64,000 bases of DNA from the human T2T-CHM13v2.0 reference genome, Homo sapiens: the NCBI RefSeq assembly GCF_009914755.1, contig NC_060933.1. One strand, written 5' to 3'. Of the stretch, positions 14,041 to 30,465 are shown piece after piece. The first letter of the stretch is position 1. Each line of letters begins with the position of its first letter. The position numbers were made by a program, and so were the translations under genes. A model generated the notes under the pieces. It was not told the DNA's origin. It worked only from the letters and a program-made list of their open reading frames with translations, and ran no database searches.

Positions 14041-14835
14041 TGTGCTGTGCTTATGCTGCTGACCAGTGACACAATTTGGCATTAAACAAAATTATTTTAA
14101 AAAATTGAATGATTAATGAATGTCCTGGGTATCGGGCAGATCATACAAACATAAGGGGCAAAGAGTCCAATAATAAGAGATGAAAAAGTTAAACGCCTTT
14201 GGAGTCCAAGTAGTGAAGGGGGACCAATGGAGTCTGTAGTGACAGTGAGACTGCCTGTCTCACCCATAGGGGGCACCTGCGAGCCTGTACGCACACTTTT
14301 TTTGGACCTCTTTAAAAGAGGATCATCAAGACCTAATAGTGTGAAAGAGAGAAATCCTGGCTAAACCTAAACAGAACTATTCTTCTTAAACGCACTTCTG
14401 CATTTTGGAGCACTTCAAAGTTTCTAGGAGGAGGAATTGGAAGTTGGCATCAGAGCCCCATTGACTGTTGACTACTTGTTGTAGATATTTATATTTAAAT
14501 TAACAGTATAGCAGCATGCATCAATTCTGAGTCCCATATGTGGATGCAGGAATCTTCAACTGATGCTTCTGATGTCTTCAAAAAATCTGGGATACGAATA
14601 TGAGTATAAATGAGTACAAGAAGCTTCATTCCAGATCAACAATTCTTTTTATAAACGAGCAACCTCAGCAGGTGTTTTCGGCTTGTATGTGTGTCTCATT
14701 AGCCAGGAAACCAAGGTTTCCAACGCAGGCTCTTGTTGAGTTACCTAGAATACCACAGTCTCGACTTCTAGTGTTATTTCTCAAACTTTGCACTGAGGTC
14801 AGTTCTGAATCTTGGATTAAACCACTAAATTTTTA

Positions 14836-15412
<577 letters not shown>

Positions 15413-16279
15413 TAATTGACTGAAAACTACAATAATTGGATCATTTTGGATGGAGAGAAATAATTGAGTTTCTTACAAGGTTTTATCAAGTGCAGTCTAT
15501 TCCAGTCAAGCTAGTAGACCCGTGCCAGGTAGTTTTGAAAAGTAAATATGAGTTTAAAATATTATTTCATTAGAAAAGAATAAAACAGTAAATAACTAGA
15601 CCTAATTAATCAAAATTGTCATAGGAAAATCAGGTTATACCATTGGTTGTATTTTCTTATCTATTTAATTCAGGGAAAGTTCTGAGAGCAATATAGATTT
15701 AATTCAAATTTCTGTTTCTTCTATATGTTTAACTCATTCACTATCCACTGGGCTTCTACTCTGTGCCAGGTGCCATGCTATGCATTATGTATTCAGGAAG
15801 TGACATAAACACTTTCTCTGCATTAATATGCTTATAGCATAATAAGGAAGCTAACTGACAACTTGATTGTGTGAGATTATAATGGGAAGAACCTGGCCAA
15901 CTTCTAATTATTCTTCAAAATAGCCCAGCTGCCACCATCTCTAGGCGGTTTTCCTTGATCTGAAGAAGGAATAATTCATTTCTAATTGCATTTATTACTG
16001 CATATGCTATACTGTCTTCAACTTATTGGTTACATATGCAGCTTTCTACAAACATTTTGGCAATTTTAGATTAACCAAAAGGGTGATGGGAAAGTAGAGA
16101 AAAACACAAATAGATTTAAATTCAGTAGAATGACCGCTTCCAAGTATCTCATGACTTTCTTCTTATCACCACAAAAATTTCTTGCGAGAGTTTTATTCTT
16201 ATATTGCTGTATCCACAACGCTAGGAACAGTATCTGACTAGTAATAGCTATTTTGTATATGAGGTTTAATTAGACATTA

Positions 16280-16609
<330 letters not shown>

Positions 16610-16653
16610 GATAAAGAATAGACAAAGTGGACAAAGAGTAATAAAAAGGTGAG

Positions 16654-19305
<2,652 letters not shown>

Positions 19306-19854
19306 AAAAAAGGAATTTATCAAGTTGTAGAGAAAGTAAGATGTTGACCTCTATCTACCCTTGGTTCTTAGAGACTATTTTACTTTCTAAATATTCATAT
19401 TCACCAGCCCTCTTGCTCTTTAAGGATTTAAAATAGCCCTTCTGTCAATTTAACAATGTTTTATTTGCATTTTAGAGATTTCTATATCATGGCTTTTGTG
19501 ATTAAAATTGCTCTGGAAGGCTAAGCCCAGCAGCCATATTGTCTGTTTGCCTTTCTGAATCAGGTTTCAAATGGTGAGCAAGGGCTCAGCCTCTCCATTC
19601 CTGTTTGTGTTTACTCAGGCAGGTGCCATTTTGTGACAAAGAAGATAAGATCTGTTCCCAGGACTGTAAGAGGTGACAAGTATATTATTTGAACATGTGG
19701 GAAAACTATTTAAATAAAAATGCCCAAGATTATCATCACCCATATCAATCAGTTTAAACAGGAACCAAATAAATGTCACCCTGCCTTCACGTACTTACTG
19801 GCAACTTATCCGCCAGGTATCCACAAAGAACAGGGAGGCAAGATGTTGACGCCA

Positions 19855-20100
19855 GTTGAGAATTTACTGAGTCAGGTATAGAGAAAATAGAAACTGCATA
19901 AAAATTGGATGTTAGTAAGCCTTAAACCACTATTATCTAATTTAATCTTTAGAACAACCTTATCAGGTATTTATTTATTAATACCCCAAATTTACAGATA
20001 AGACACTTAGAGTTTAAGCAACTTGTCTACAGGAAAGAGACTGGGAATCAAATTTATGTCTATTTCATTACAAAGTCCAACCTCTTAAACATTTGCACTG
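19855..20100 (-). mobile_element. MIR remnant
   Basis: tctaatttaatctttagaacaacc...tttacagataagacacttag...aacttgtc...ctgggaatcaaa. Confidence 0.7.
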
Positions 20101-20444
20101 CTTAGGTGAGAGCTTATAAATCGTCTTCATACAGTGGGGACGTTTATGTTTGTGAGTATATGTGCATATACGCACACATTTGTTTGTTGGGAGAGTGAGA
20201 ATTATCAGAATACCAGAATATTCTGGACATTCTATTTTGATGTGTCACCCATTGGTGTCCTTGTAATTTCTAAGGGAAATAAATGTACCAAGGATAAAGC
20301 CAAAACCACGTGCTCTCCTTGTAACTGTGCGCTTTGACCCTAAATATCTACATAGTCAGTCGCTGGTGAGCTAGACTGAGTGGTGTGAAAAAATGCCTGG
20401 CAAGAGACAAAGCTGAATGCTTTCTCCTCTGGACATTTTCTAAC

Positions 20445-20577
20445 CAGTGCTGTGCTGGAGAAACTTGTACTGGCTTGTAAGAGCCAATAGCTGAATTTTT
20501 AGGAATTTTGCTAGCCAGTGGGTGTCAAGTTGGTAATTTGAAATGGGCCATGGTGGGAGTCTTTACTTATACCACAG
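20445..20577 (+). mobile_element. MER63-like hAT MITE fragment
   Basis: cagtgctgtgctggag...gagccaatag..aggaattttgctagcc...ttgaaatgggccatggtgggagt. Confidence 0.7.
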
Positions 20578-23500
20578 TACTTTAGCTCCCCGAGTCGAAC
20601 CACTCACATGCAGAGGAAAATCCAGTCCAGGAAGAGCAAGCTGCTCCATACAAGTGCCAAAGAGCTTTTCCCAAAACCTGGAGCAGAGCTGACCTAGGTC
20701 TTTTGGCCCAGACCTTCATAGGGCACAACAACAAGAGATTCTGACCTTGTCTAATTTTGTGAAACCTGATTGGAGAGGAGTGAGCAGTAAAAGAGAATGA
20801 GAAAGTCAAGAGTGACCCAAGCAGATGGCTGGACCACTTCCCAGGAGCAGCAGCCTCTCTCAGACTCTTCTTGCCTCTTCACCCGCTTCTGGCTTCAGAG
20901 TTGAACTTCTTTGCTCCTTCATAAAGTTTTACTCTCAAGCACTGTAACCCAAATACTACCTTTGAACTTTACCTGCCTTCAAGGACGCCCTTTAAGTGGG
21001 GGCATTGCAGCTTTCCCAGGGCTACAGAAATTTATCAGCTGCACATTGGAAAACAAGCCATGCCACCTATTGCAACCATGTTTTTGTTTGCTATAAAACA
21101 GAGTGTTAACACCACCCATTCGGGGATGCTTGAAGAACAAATGTCAAGATTCCTGATATGCAGCCAAACATGACAAACAAAAAAAATTATTGTTATTGTG
21201 ATTGTCAATATTATGACTATGGATTTGGGCACTTATCAGGAAATATATTTGAAGATCAGAAAGAATCTAACTGGAGTTATGCCATTCATCTCAGAGGCTA
21301 AAACAGCTTATTTGATGAATTTTTAAGTAAATAGCAGGCTCAGGAAAATGTTGATGCTCCATGGCCAGCATCCCTGATAATTCTAAGAGGTTACACTACT
21401 AGACTCAAACTTCAATGTTGTTATCGAGCTGGCACCAGGTAAGAGGTCACTGAGAAGCACACATCAGTCATGAGAACCTTATTTGTCAGCCCACCTACCC
21501 CTTTTACCTAATAAGTGTTTAATAGCTGGTTTTAACCTGGGGGCCTTGATTCCTTGATCCACTTATTTCTGTAGGATACAACATGGGTTTGCGGGCACAC
21601 TGCCCTCACAGATGGCTTCACACAGAAGTGCTGCTCTAGCTCTTCCCTGCAAGTAACTAAGTGATGGAGAGTTGGGAGTAGAATTATTCTAACTTGTTTG
21701 CCATAGATCAAGGGGCACTGCCTGTAAACTTCCAAGTCTTTTTGATAGACAGTGAGGGTACCAGGAATTGGCTAGGGAGGGGAATGGCTAAAGATCAATC
21801 TCATAGTCTATATAACACCTTTTCCTCCAAGTCAGCATAAATCAATACACAGCAGACAACAGAACAGCACACTTGCTGCATAGAGGTAGATTTACAGCAA
21901 GCTCTCCAGCCCCTTCAGCAATCAGAAGACCACCCCTCAACTCTCTCTGCAGTGAAATTCTGGAGTTGCCACTTAGGGCAAACATCTCTAAACAGGTGAA
22001 GGGCTGCAGTTTAGAGGAAGAAATGGAACTAACAGATATAGTCCAGATTAAAAACTTCAGCAAATTGGTGGAGGCTCCAAGGAAGCAGTTATGGTTCTGC
22101 TAAAACAGAACTTTTACATGACTAAGAGTCCTGGTGTACACAAAATGAGCATTGAATATGGTTGGAAATCTACTTCACATTTTATTAGTGACACTTTAAT
22201 ATATTTGGAAACTTCTCCCACAAAGAGTCAATCTTCATGGATGAGAAATTCATTTAGGAAGTATGATATCTTTTAATCAAGAGATTTCACCATCTATTAG
22301 GCCTGGAAATAAACTACAAATGACCTCCAATTTCCTGTAGCCAGTCACCATCCTTGAAAGCCCTGTGAATAATTCATGAAGGTGACCCATTGCTTCTCTC
22401 ATCTGTATCACAGGTGATCTGATGGTTTCATTGACAACCATCTTTGTTATGTAAGTGAAGAGTGTGTGTGTATGCACGTACACATAAAGCAGTAGATGAA
22501 TTTCTCCTTTAGTTTACGGCTTTGGAAAATGTCTCTACCTATGCTATAAAAAGGTACACTTTCTTTTATTCAAATGATGACGGTAAGGTTACATCCCATT
22601 TTCTTTTTTGTCTTGGTTAACAAAAGACTCAACTCAATATCGTCATCTCCTGTAGAAATTTACTCCGAATAGAATTTTGTTAAAACTACTTTTTCCCTCC
22701 TCTCCAAAGAATTTGAGAGAGCAAAACTCCCTTTGGAAATTTGGCAAAAGTTGAATGCATAAATAAAATCAATAATGAATACCTAAAATGAATAATAAAT
22801 AATGTATAACATAAATACATTCATACATAAAACATACTACTGACCTAGTCTCTCAGGAATCCAAGTTTAATATTGAATGGCTTTACCTGACTGTTGCCTA
22901 TTACAATTACCTAAAGAAATAGAAGAAGTTGGTATGTATTTTAAACTTATTATATATTAGTTTTCCAATTAGGGAAATAGGACAATATATGTACTTTTCT
23001 TAGTGTGTAAAAATATTTTCAATAGATTCAAAATAGATTCAAAACATTTGTGTTTGAACTTCCAGGTTACAGTTGTAATTTTTGATATATATTTTGCTTC
23101 TGTGGGGTAAAGATAAGCATCCTTGCTTCCTGAGAAAAGAAACATCATTATTTTAATGATGAGTAATAAGCATGTCAAATGTCCAATGAATTTGCACCTC
23201 ACAGTCTTTGCTGTCAACATAAAATTTTGCAAGGCCGGATATGAATTTTGCAGTAGCTTTGTGAAAGAAGGTGGGTGTCGCTTTTGTCAAACAAACCAAC
23301 CTGTGTATTAAAACATTCTATGTTTGATAAGCCTTTTGTCACTAACAAGTCCTGATTAAATTATCATTATGCAAAACATGGCCTTGGCAGTGCCAATGCC
23401 AATATTGATATTGACCTCACCTTGGCCACCCAGCACAGAAGAACTTTTTCATTTTATTTGACTTGCAACTTTTGTTCGTAAACCTGGTCTTGTACATATT

Positions 23501-25157
23501 TACTCTCTTACTCTCTAGCACCTCATACCCACAGATACTGGCAATAATCAGGCTATCACATTTCCTCAATATTCATCCAGCTATGATTAGCTTTCTTATT
23601 TGTAAGATATGGCATTCGTGTGAACAATTCAAATTCACTACTGGCAAATAATGATAATGCAAAAAAATTAATTTCAAAATTACTTCCTGTGTTTACACAA
23701 TGGCTTCCAAGACTAAGTTTAATTTGATGAATAATACTGATCAGACAACTCACACACACTCTCTCACACACACACACTAAATATTTGCAGGTACTTTTCT
23801 TATTATGTTGACCAGTAAAACAATAAAATTGGTAAAAATTGCATCTATTCATAAATGACAGCGGCAATAGTCTTTTTGAACAAGTTATTTGATTCCGTTT
23901 CAAATCATTAATATATATGAATACTCTATTTGCAATTTAAATTTAGAGAAATTGTATGTCAGAATGAATATCTACCCAGTAAGAGATTTAATTGTATTTT
24001 CTCCAATAAAATTTCAGGACACAATTTTCCGAGGATTAAAGGCTATTAAATGTCAGGCTATTACTATGCCTGACACCAGGCACAATTTATAAACACATGG
24101 AGAGCCAGGGCTTGTGTCATGGGATGCCACAAAGTAGAGTGGCAGTGAAATGGTGAGGTTTCTATCATCCTCTGATATATCACTAGGGGAAAACTACGAG
24201 ACACTGACTCCAAGCAAAAGCTGATTACAGAACATTGCTTTGCCCAACATAAGGATGAAGAGATGATCCTAAGAGACCTTGAAGGTAGAAAGCTGCACGT
24301 AGTATCCCAGAGTCTCCAGCACCTCATTTGTAACTGAATAAATGGTACCTACTCCACTACTATGAAGATCAATGAGAATGCATGGAGTGTTTAGTCCCAT
24401 GCCTGGTGTATAGCAGGAATTTAACAAACATTACTTTCCTTTTCTAATTAAAGTTAAATTAGCCTTAATGCTCTTCTCAACCTTGAAGTAGACAAAAGAT
24501 CCCTTTTCACAAATAAACTTAGTGCAAAGACCACTGGGCTAGGAGTCTGAGAATCTGGGCTCTAGTTCAAGAAACTAACCTCTGTGAGAATTTGGTTACC
24601 TCATTTTCTCTCTTTGAGTTTGTGTCACCATCTGTAAAATGTGGCTTTGACAATTTCACCTGTTCATCTAGTTTGGTCATTCTGAGCCCTTCTGGATTCC
24701 TGAGAGCCTTCCCTAATAAAGGATGTTATTGAAGTGGAGAGTCTGGTATTGTCCTGGTTCTAGCAGGGTCCCTCAAAGGGATCATTTACTGCAAAGAAAG
24801 ATTAATATTAAAACATCTTTATCCCCTCAGAATATTTTTCAGGAGACCTACTATGGAAATCCATAAGGCCTGGGAGTAAGACAGGAGAACCAACAGACCC
24901 CAAGTCTATTATCTATTATCTATTATCTACTTAGATCTTTTGGCCATCATTCATCTCTGCTCTTCTTCCTGGCACACTCCTTCCACACCTTGTCCCTGTG
25001 ATAAACTCCTTTGTGATTAAACTTCAAATGGTATCATAAGGAAAGGAGGTATTCCTTATTCATCACAGACTGTGTTTGATATTCCTTCCTCACTCCCACC
25101 ACCAATGCCTCACCCTTCATAAGTTTTCAGTACATAGTTTTTGAATAAATAAATGAT

Positions 25158-25558
25158 ATATTAGGTACTTAAAAAAAGAACTAAAATGACAGTGATTTTT
25201 TGTATTGCTCGTGTCAGAGCCCAGTAGGGTTTTTGGTAGATAGCATTCCACATAGTGATACAGGGATCAAGTTTCCTTCTATTTGTGGCTCTGTCATTTC
25301 TTAGGGCTTTAGAGTCTTCCACTGGATTTTTTAAGTCTGATAACCAGCTAGAGAAGAAATAGCAAGTCAAGAATCTCATGGGAGAATTTGGGCACCAAGC
25401 CTGGAAATGGTGTACATCACTTTTCCCAATGTTCCTTTAGCCAGAGTTTATAAATACATATTCACAACACTGCAGCAAAGGAGGCTTAAAAATGTAGTCT
25501 TGTGTATCCAAGAAGAAGAAACTGGCTTGGAGACCACCTAGGAAATCTCTGCCCCATA
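25158..25558 (-). mobile_element. MLT1 (K/L-like) MaLR solo LTR
   Basis: caagcctggaaatggtgtacatcacttt..ttagccagag...gcaaaggaggct..aaatgtagtc...ctctgcccca. Confidence 0.65.
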
Positions 25559-25849
25559 AAATTGTGTGCACACTCTACTCTAATTTTCTGTTGATGTAAC
25601 TATTTTATTTTCTAGATTAGAAACTCCTTGAGATGAGAAAGAGTGACTTACCTACGGTTATGTCCTTATCACCAGACACAAGGGTGGGTGCTTGTGTTTG
25701 CTGAACTGAAAGATATTCTAGGAGTCTATTGCCTTAGATATCATCTATTCAGTGAGTTTGGCATGATTACCATTTTTCAACATTTCTTATCCTGATATTT
25801 ACACATGAGTTACAGATAGCTTGGCATCTCCCTTGTATAGATAAAATGC

Positions 25850-26230
25850 AAGTCAATTCAATCAACACTTATAGTGCATTTACTATGAGCTGGGCACTCT
25901 GGTACTGGCTGAGAAAATATACAGTTATTGCCTAAGATTTCAGACCTCAAAGTGTTATGGGAGACCACAGAAAAAGCAGAATGACTGTTGTACCCAGACA
26001 ATGGCTTATGAGGTGACCCGCATTTTGAAGGATGAGTAGGAGTTTGCCATGAAGAAAAAGGATTGACTATTCCAGACAAATGGAGCAAGATACACAAGCC
26101 CATATGTGTAAAAGGGAAGGCATACTGCATTGAACAATGCCAAGTGCTAGAGCATAGACTAAATCAGAAGGAGTGAGGAAAGACGACCCTGTTCAGGCAG
26201 ATTAGGACCGTTATGTGCAGGGCCTGGTAT
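25850..26230 (-). mobile_element. L2 remnant
   Basis: ttcaatcaacactt..gcatttactatgagctgggcact...ttttgaaggatgagtaggagtttgcc. Confidence 0.7.
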
Positions 26231-27816
26231 GCCACATATGCAAATCAAACAAACATCAAACACAATGCTCCGCTCTATTCCCACTCTCAGTGTGCAGTTG
26301 TTAGCATTGGTAATCAGCATCTCATTTTACATTAAAACAATCACAAGAGGAAACTCAGTCTCTTGCCACTTAAGTAGCTCTCCACTGCCTGAAAATAAAT
26401 TTCACTGGAGCTGCATTCTCTAGACCTGTATTGAATTTAAACTCTAGAGTGACCTTTTACTTAAACGTATCTCTGGACTACCCAGCATGAGACAATATAC
26501 CCAGCTATGCATTGCAGGAAGATTGCTGAACAGATACCCTGCACTGAAAATGCCCAATTTATCATCATGAAAGATCACTGAGTCCCACACTGGCTTGAAT
26601 CCCTGCAAAGAAAGAGGGCATGCAAAATATGTCCAATGCCCAGTCTTGTTTTGTAGGTTCCCACGTTGTTTGGGAGCCAACTAGTGTTGGCTTTTTGTTG
26701 TTGTTGTTTATTTTGATCTCTCTAGGAGAGGTAGAAGAGGGTTAGAAGATCTTGCCAGTCATTAACTTCACATGCTGATGACCCAGGACTACAGGCAGAC
26801 AGAGGAAGGGGCTGAGTAAATATCCAACTTTTCATTCCCACTGAGCTAAACCAACTGAGGAATTTAATTTAATGCACCAAATAATCATTCATTCTTAGCT
26901 GGTATTTCAATGGTTCTTATTCCTATTAGGTACTATATGTTGCCACACACAATGAGAAACACCTCCACTCCCAACACTCAGTATTTATGGGCATCTCAAA
27001 AAATTATTGTACACATTAACAAATCCATTAGGTAGTTCATTCAATGCCATGTAGCATGCATTATTGTTACCATCCTTCTGCTTTCCTCTCTCTTGGATGG
27101 GGACCACCTTGTCCTTCAAATCCACTCTGTCTGCCAAGAACTGCTAAGTTGTAGGTAAGTGCAACGAGAAGGAATCAATCATGTGGAGGGGAGTGTTTGA
27201 ATTGGCCTGGAGGAGGACATAAGAGGTTACTGGGATGTGACATGAATAGAAAGAGATTTCCACGGGGAGGGGTGGAGGAATTTGAGGCAGAGAGCAACCA
27301 TGTGCACAAAAGAGATGGCTACAAAAAGGTATGCCAGGTCCAGAGTGCAGCAAGAAATTTGATATTACTGGAATGTGATGTATAGAAGAAATGAAGCCAA
27401 CCAAGTGTCTGGGATGCTGGGATGCTGTCAGAATGGACTTGGATACCTTGGTGAGAAATTTTGGTCTATTCTGGGAGTAACAATGGTCCCTGAAAAATAT
27501 TAAGTAACATTGGGTAAGTAGCATAATCAGAGTCGTGCTTTAAAATAATCGTTTAGGAGGCAGTGTTGAGAGTGAACTAGGGTAGCAATTGTCTGCCTAG
27601 TATTCTACTTAGTATTGGCGGTGAGCGGGGGGAAATTATGACTAGCCAGAGTCCCTGCTCTCAAGAAGCTTAGACTCCTGGGAGAATAAGTATCTTCAGA
27701 TAATGTGGAAGAAGATACAAAAGAAGAGGAGAATCCATAAATCACAACGCACTCCTTGTGTTCAGAAATAAAACTCATTTTCTACAAAATTTCCTCCTAC
27801 GTATTATGGTATGCTG

Positions 27817-28029
27817 CAGTGATTTTCAAAGTCTTTATTTAGCCTAGAACCCCTTGCTCAAACAAAAGTTAGGTGGAATCAGTAACAAAAAAGTCAAGGA
27901 GAAGAGGCTCTGTTCTGGTAAAAAGTAGGGTAAGGAGGCAGAAATCTATTCTTTCATGCTCCACTCCCAATCCTGGATTGGCTTCTTAGGCCACTTACAG
28001 CTCAGCAGAGAGCAGTTTGAAAATGATTG
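27817..28029. mobile_element. Old hAT-Charlie MITE (MER103-like)
   Basis: Imperfect TIRs cagtgattttcaaa ... tttgaaaatgattg. Confidence 0.5.
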
Positions 28030-28178
28030 ATCGGATTAAGGGAACTTGGACTTTGCAGTCCAGGAGAGTTGAGTTTTAATTTTAGCTCTGACATTTATAG
28101 GAAATGTATTCTAAAGCAAGTCACCACATTTTTCTGATCCTCAGTTCCCTCATCTGAAAATAGGGGCAATGACAACTA

Positions 28179-28513
28179 CAGTCATGTATCACTCAATGAC
28201 AGGGATATGTCCTGAGAAATGTTTTTAAGTGATTTTGTCATTGGGAAAACATCATAGAGTGTGCTTACACAAACCTAGATGGTATAGCCTACTACACCCC
28301 TAGGCTATATGGCATAGCCTATTGCTCCTAGGCTTCAAACCTGTACTGCATGTTACTATACTGAATTCAGTAGGCAATTGTAACACAATGGGAAGTATTT
28401 GTGTATGTAAGCATAGAAAAGATACAGTAAAATGCAATATTATAAGTTAATAAGACCACCATTACATATGCAAACCATCATTGACTGAAATGTCATAATG
28501 GGACACATGACTG
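28179..28513 (+). mobile_element. Tigger3a (MER7A) inserted in a MIR
   Basis: TIRs cagtcatg...catgactg with TA on both sides; acaaacctagatggtatagcctactacacc core. MIR halves lie at ~28030-28178 and ~28514-28610. Confidence 0.92.
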
Positions 28514-28607
28514 TACTTCTAAGAGTTATTGTGAAAAATCAAATGAGATGATGTAAAATGATTAACAGAGAGTAGCTGAAATTGATAAGCACTGAATGAA
28601 TGATAGC

Positions 28608-28608
<1 letters not shown>

Positions 28609-28646
<38 letters not shown>
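28609..28646. repeat. (CAT)n microsatellite
   Basis: About 12 CAT units. Confidence 0.95.
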
Positions 28647-29219
28647 TTCATATGTAATTAGCAAAGGATTTTCTAAAAGTGAGACCAGCTTATCACTCAA
28701 TCCCGGCTAGCCAGTTGCATATTCTTTTGATGAAGTTAACAGGATCAGTTCCTCAACTTTAAAATTCCAGGAAGTCAATCTCACCAGCATACCTCGAAGT
28801 GACCAAACTTTGATGGATCAACTGCAATAGCCAAACTCATAAAACAAGAATATGCAGATTGGTTACCAATATAAAATTTATAATGGGATAGAGACCCTTC
28901 TAAGAGCAAAAATAATTGGTTTTGCTATTCCAGATACCTCTTTCCAGTTAGGAGAGTTGGATGTGCTTCCAGAAACCTGGTCAGCATGCAGAATAGCTCC
29001 AGTAGCTCTCAGCTATATGGACCCTTCCTGACCCAGAGTTAGACCCGGTGAACTGATTACCAGAATCCTCAAGCTCACCAGGTACTGTGCCCTTCACTCA
29101 CCCAAACAAGGCCTTTGGTAGAGTACAACAAATACTGATGACCTCTTACCATGTATTCAATTTAATGACCTTAGATGTCAACTATGAGTCGGTCATGGTT
29201 CTAGATGGTTTAGATACAC

Positions 29220-29619
29220 ACATTAGCCAAGTTAAGTAACGCTAGCTGCTATGTAAACCACCTCTATAACCTCAGCAGGTTAACACAATAGACCTGCTCA
29301 CAGGTCTTGCTCACATAATGGTCAATATTTCTTGCTCACATAATGGTTCAGTGTAGGCTGGGCGATGCAACTGGGTAGCTCTCCTCCAGGCAATAAGTCA
29401 GGTATCCAGGTGTGTGAATCTGCCATGCAGGTGGGGGACACGGTGCATGGAAGATTATATTAAACCTTTCATGGTCAAGGCTAGAAATGTCATACAACAC
29501 TCTGTCGACATTCAATTGGCCAGCACCCAGGCGCATGGCTCTGAAGAGGCTATTAAATGAGCTGCCTTTATGTGTCCAAGAACAAGAAATGAGGTTGATG
29601 AGCTACATTCTGCCTCACA
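29220..29619 (-). mobile_element. MLT1 (K/L-like) MaLR solo LTR
   Basis: gctagctgct..taacacaata..ttcttgctcac...cattcaattggccag...tgtgtccaagaa..ctgcctcaca. Confidence 0.65.
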
Positions 29620-30269
29620 GTCCGTCCGATCTCTTTCCTGGTTGGGTTTACATCAACTATCTCTTTTCCTGGCTTTCAGGCAGCCCATGATTGGTTGAGC
29701 CTATCTTTGCTTCAAAGTGATAAAGGCAGTCCTGTTGAGTGGGACCTGGCTGAATTTAATGACAGACTATCACAACCTGAACCTGAATACTTTGGCAAGA
29801 CGTGACATTTCCATTCATTTATATGGCAGAGCATGGACTATCCACCTGTAAGGGCAGGCCACTTCCAGTCACTCTCAAAGGGTCTCTATTTCTAAATTCT
29901 TGTAATATTTTATGCTATCCTCTATAGACTGACATAATCTACTTGCTTACATGTTCCTTTTTTCTGGAAGGCCTTCTGTCATTCCATAAACTGGTACAAA
30001 TATCTTGTCTGGGTGCATTTCTTTCTTCTTGAACCTTCCGCACCGTAACATCCTTTACATTTTATTGTCATTTAACCTTTTGATCTTTGAGATAGACAAG
30101 GGAAGGGACCGTGTCTTGAGCACATATTTCTTTATTCTTAGCATCTAATACATTACATAAAATGTTAAAGCCACTGAAATGTTTTTATTTAATTAATCGT
30201 TTATTTACTTAATTTAGTATTATTTCTTGAATGCTGACTGACTGAATGAATGATTGAAAAATGAAGAAA

Positions 30270-30465
30270 AGCCAGGTATGGTGGCACTCATCTATACTTC
30301 CAGCTACTCAGAAGGCTGAGACAAGAGGATAGCTTGTAGTCAGGAGCAGGAGGCTACAATGAGCTCCGATGGAGCCTATTAATAGCCACTGCACTCCAGC
30401 TTGGGTAACATAGCAAGGCCCTGTCTCTAAAAAGATAAACAAATAAAAATTTAGAAAATAAATAA
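30270..30465 (+). mobile_element. FAM (fossil Alu monomer)
   Basis: Single monomer retaining the 7SL-derived gcct.t.aatagccactgcactccagc segment absent from dimeric Alus; A-rich tail. Confidence 0.75.

Noticed and set aside
23384-23396. TTGGCAGTGCCAA as an NFI site
   Set aside because: Half-site spacing is 3 bp, not the 5 bp of TTGGC(N5)GCCAA.
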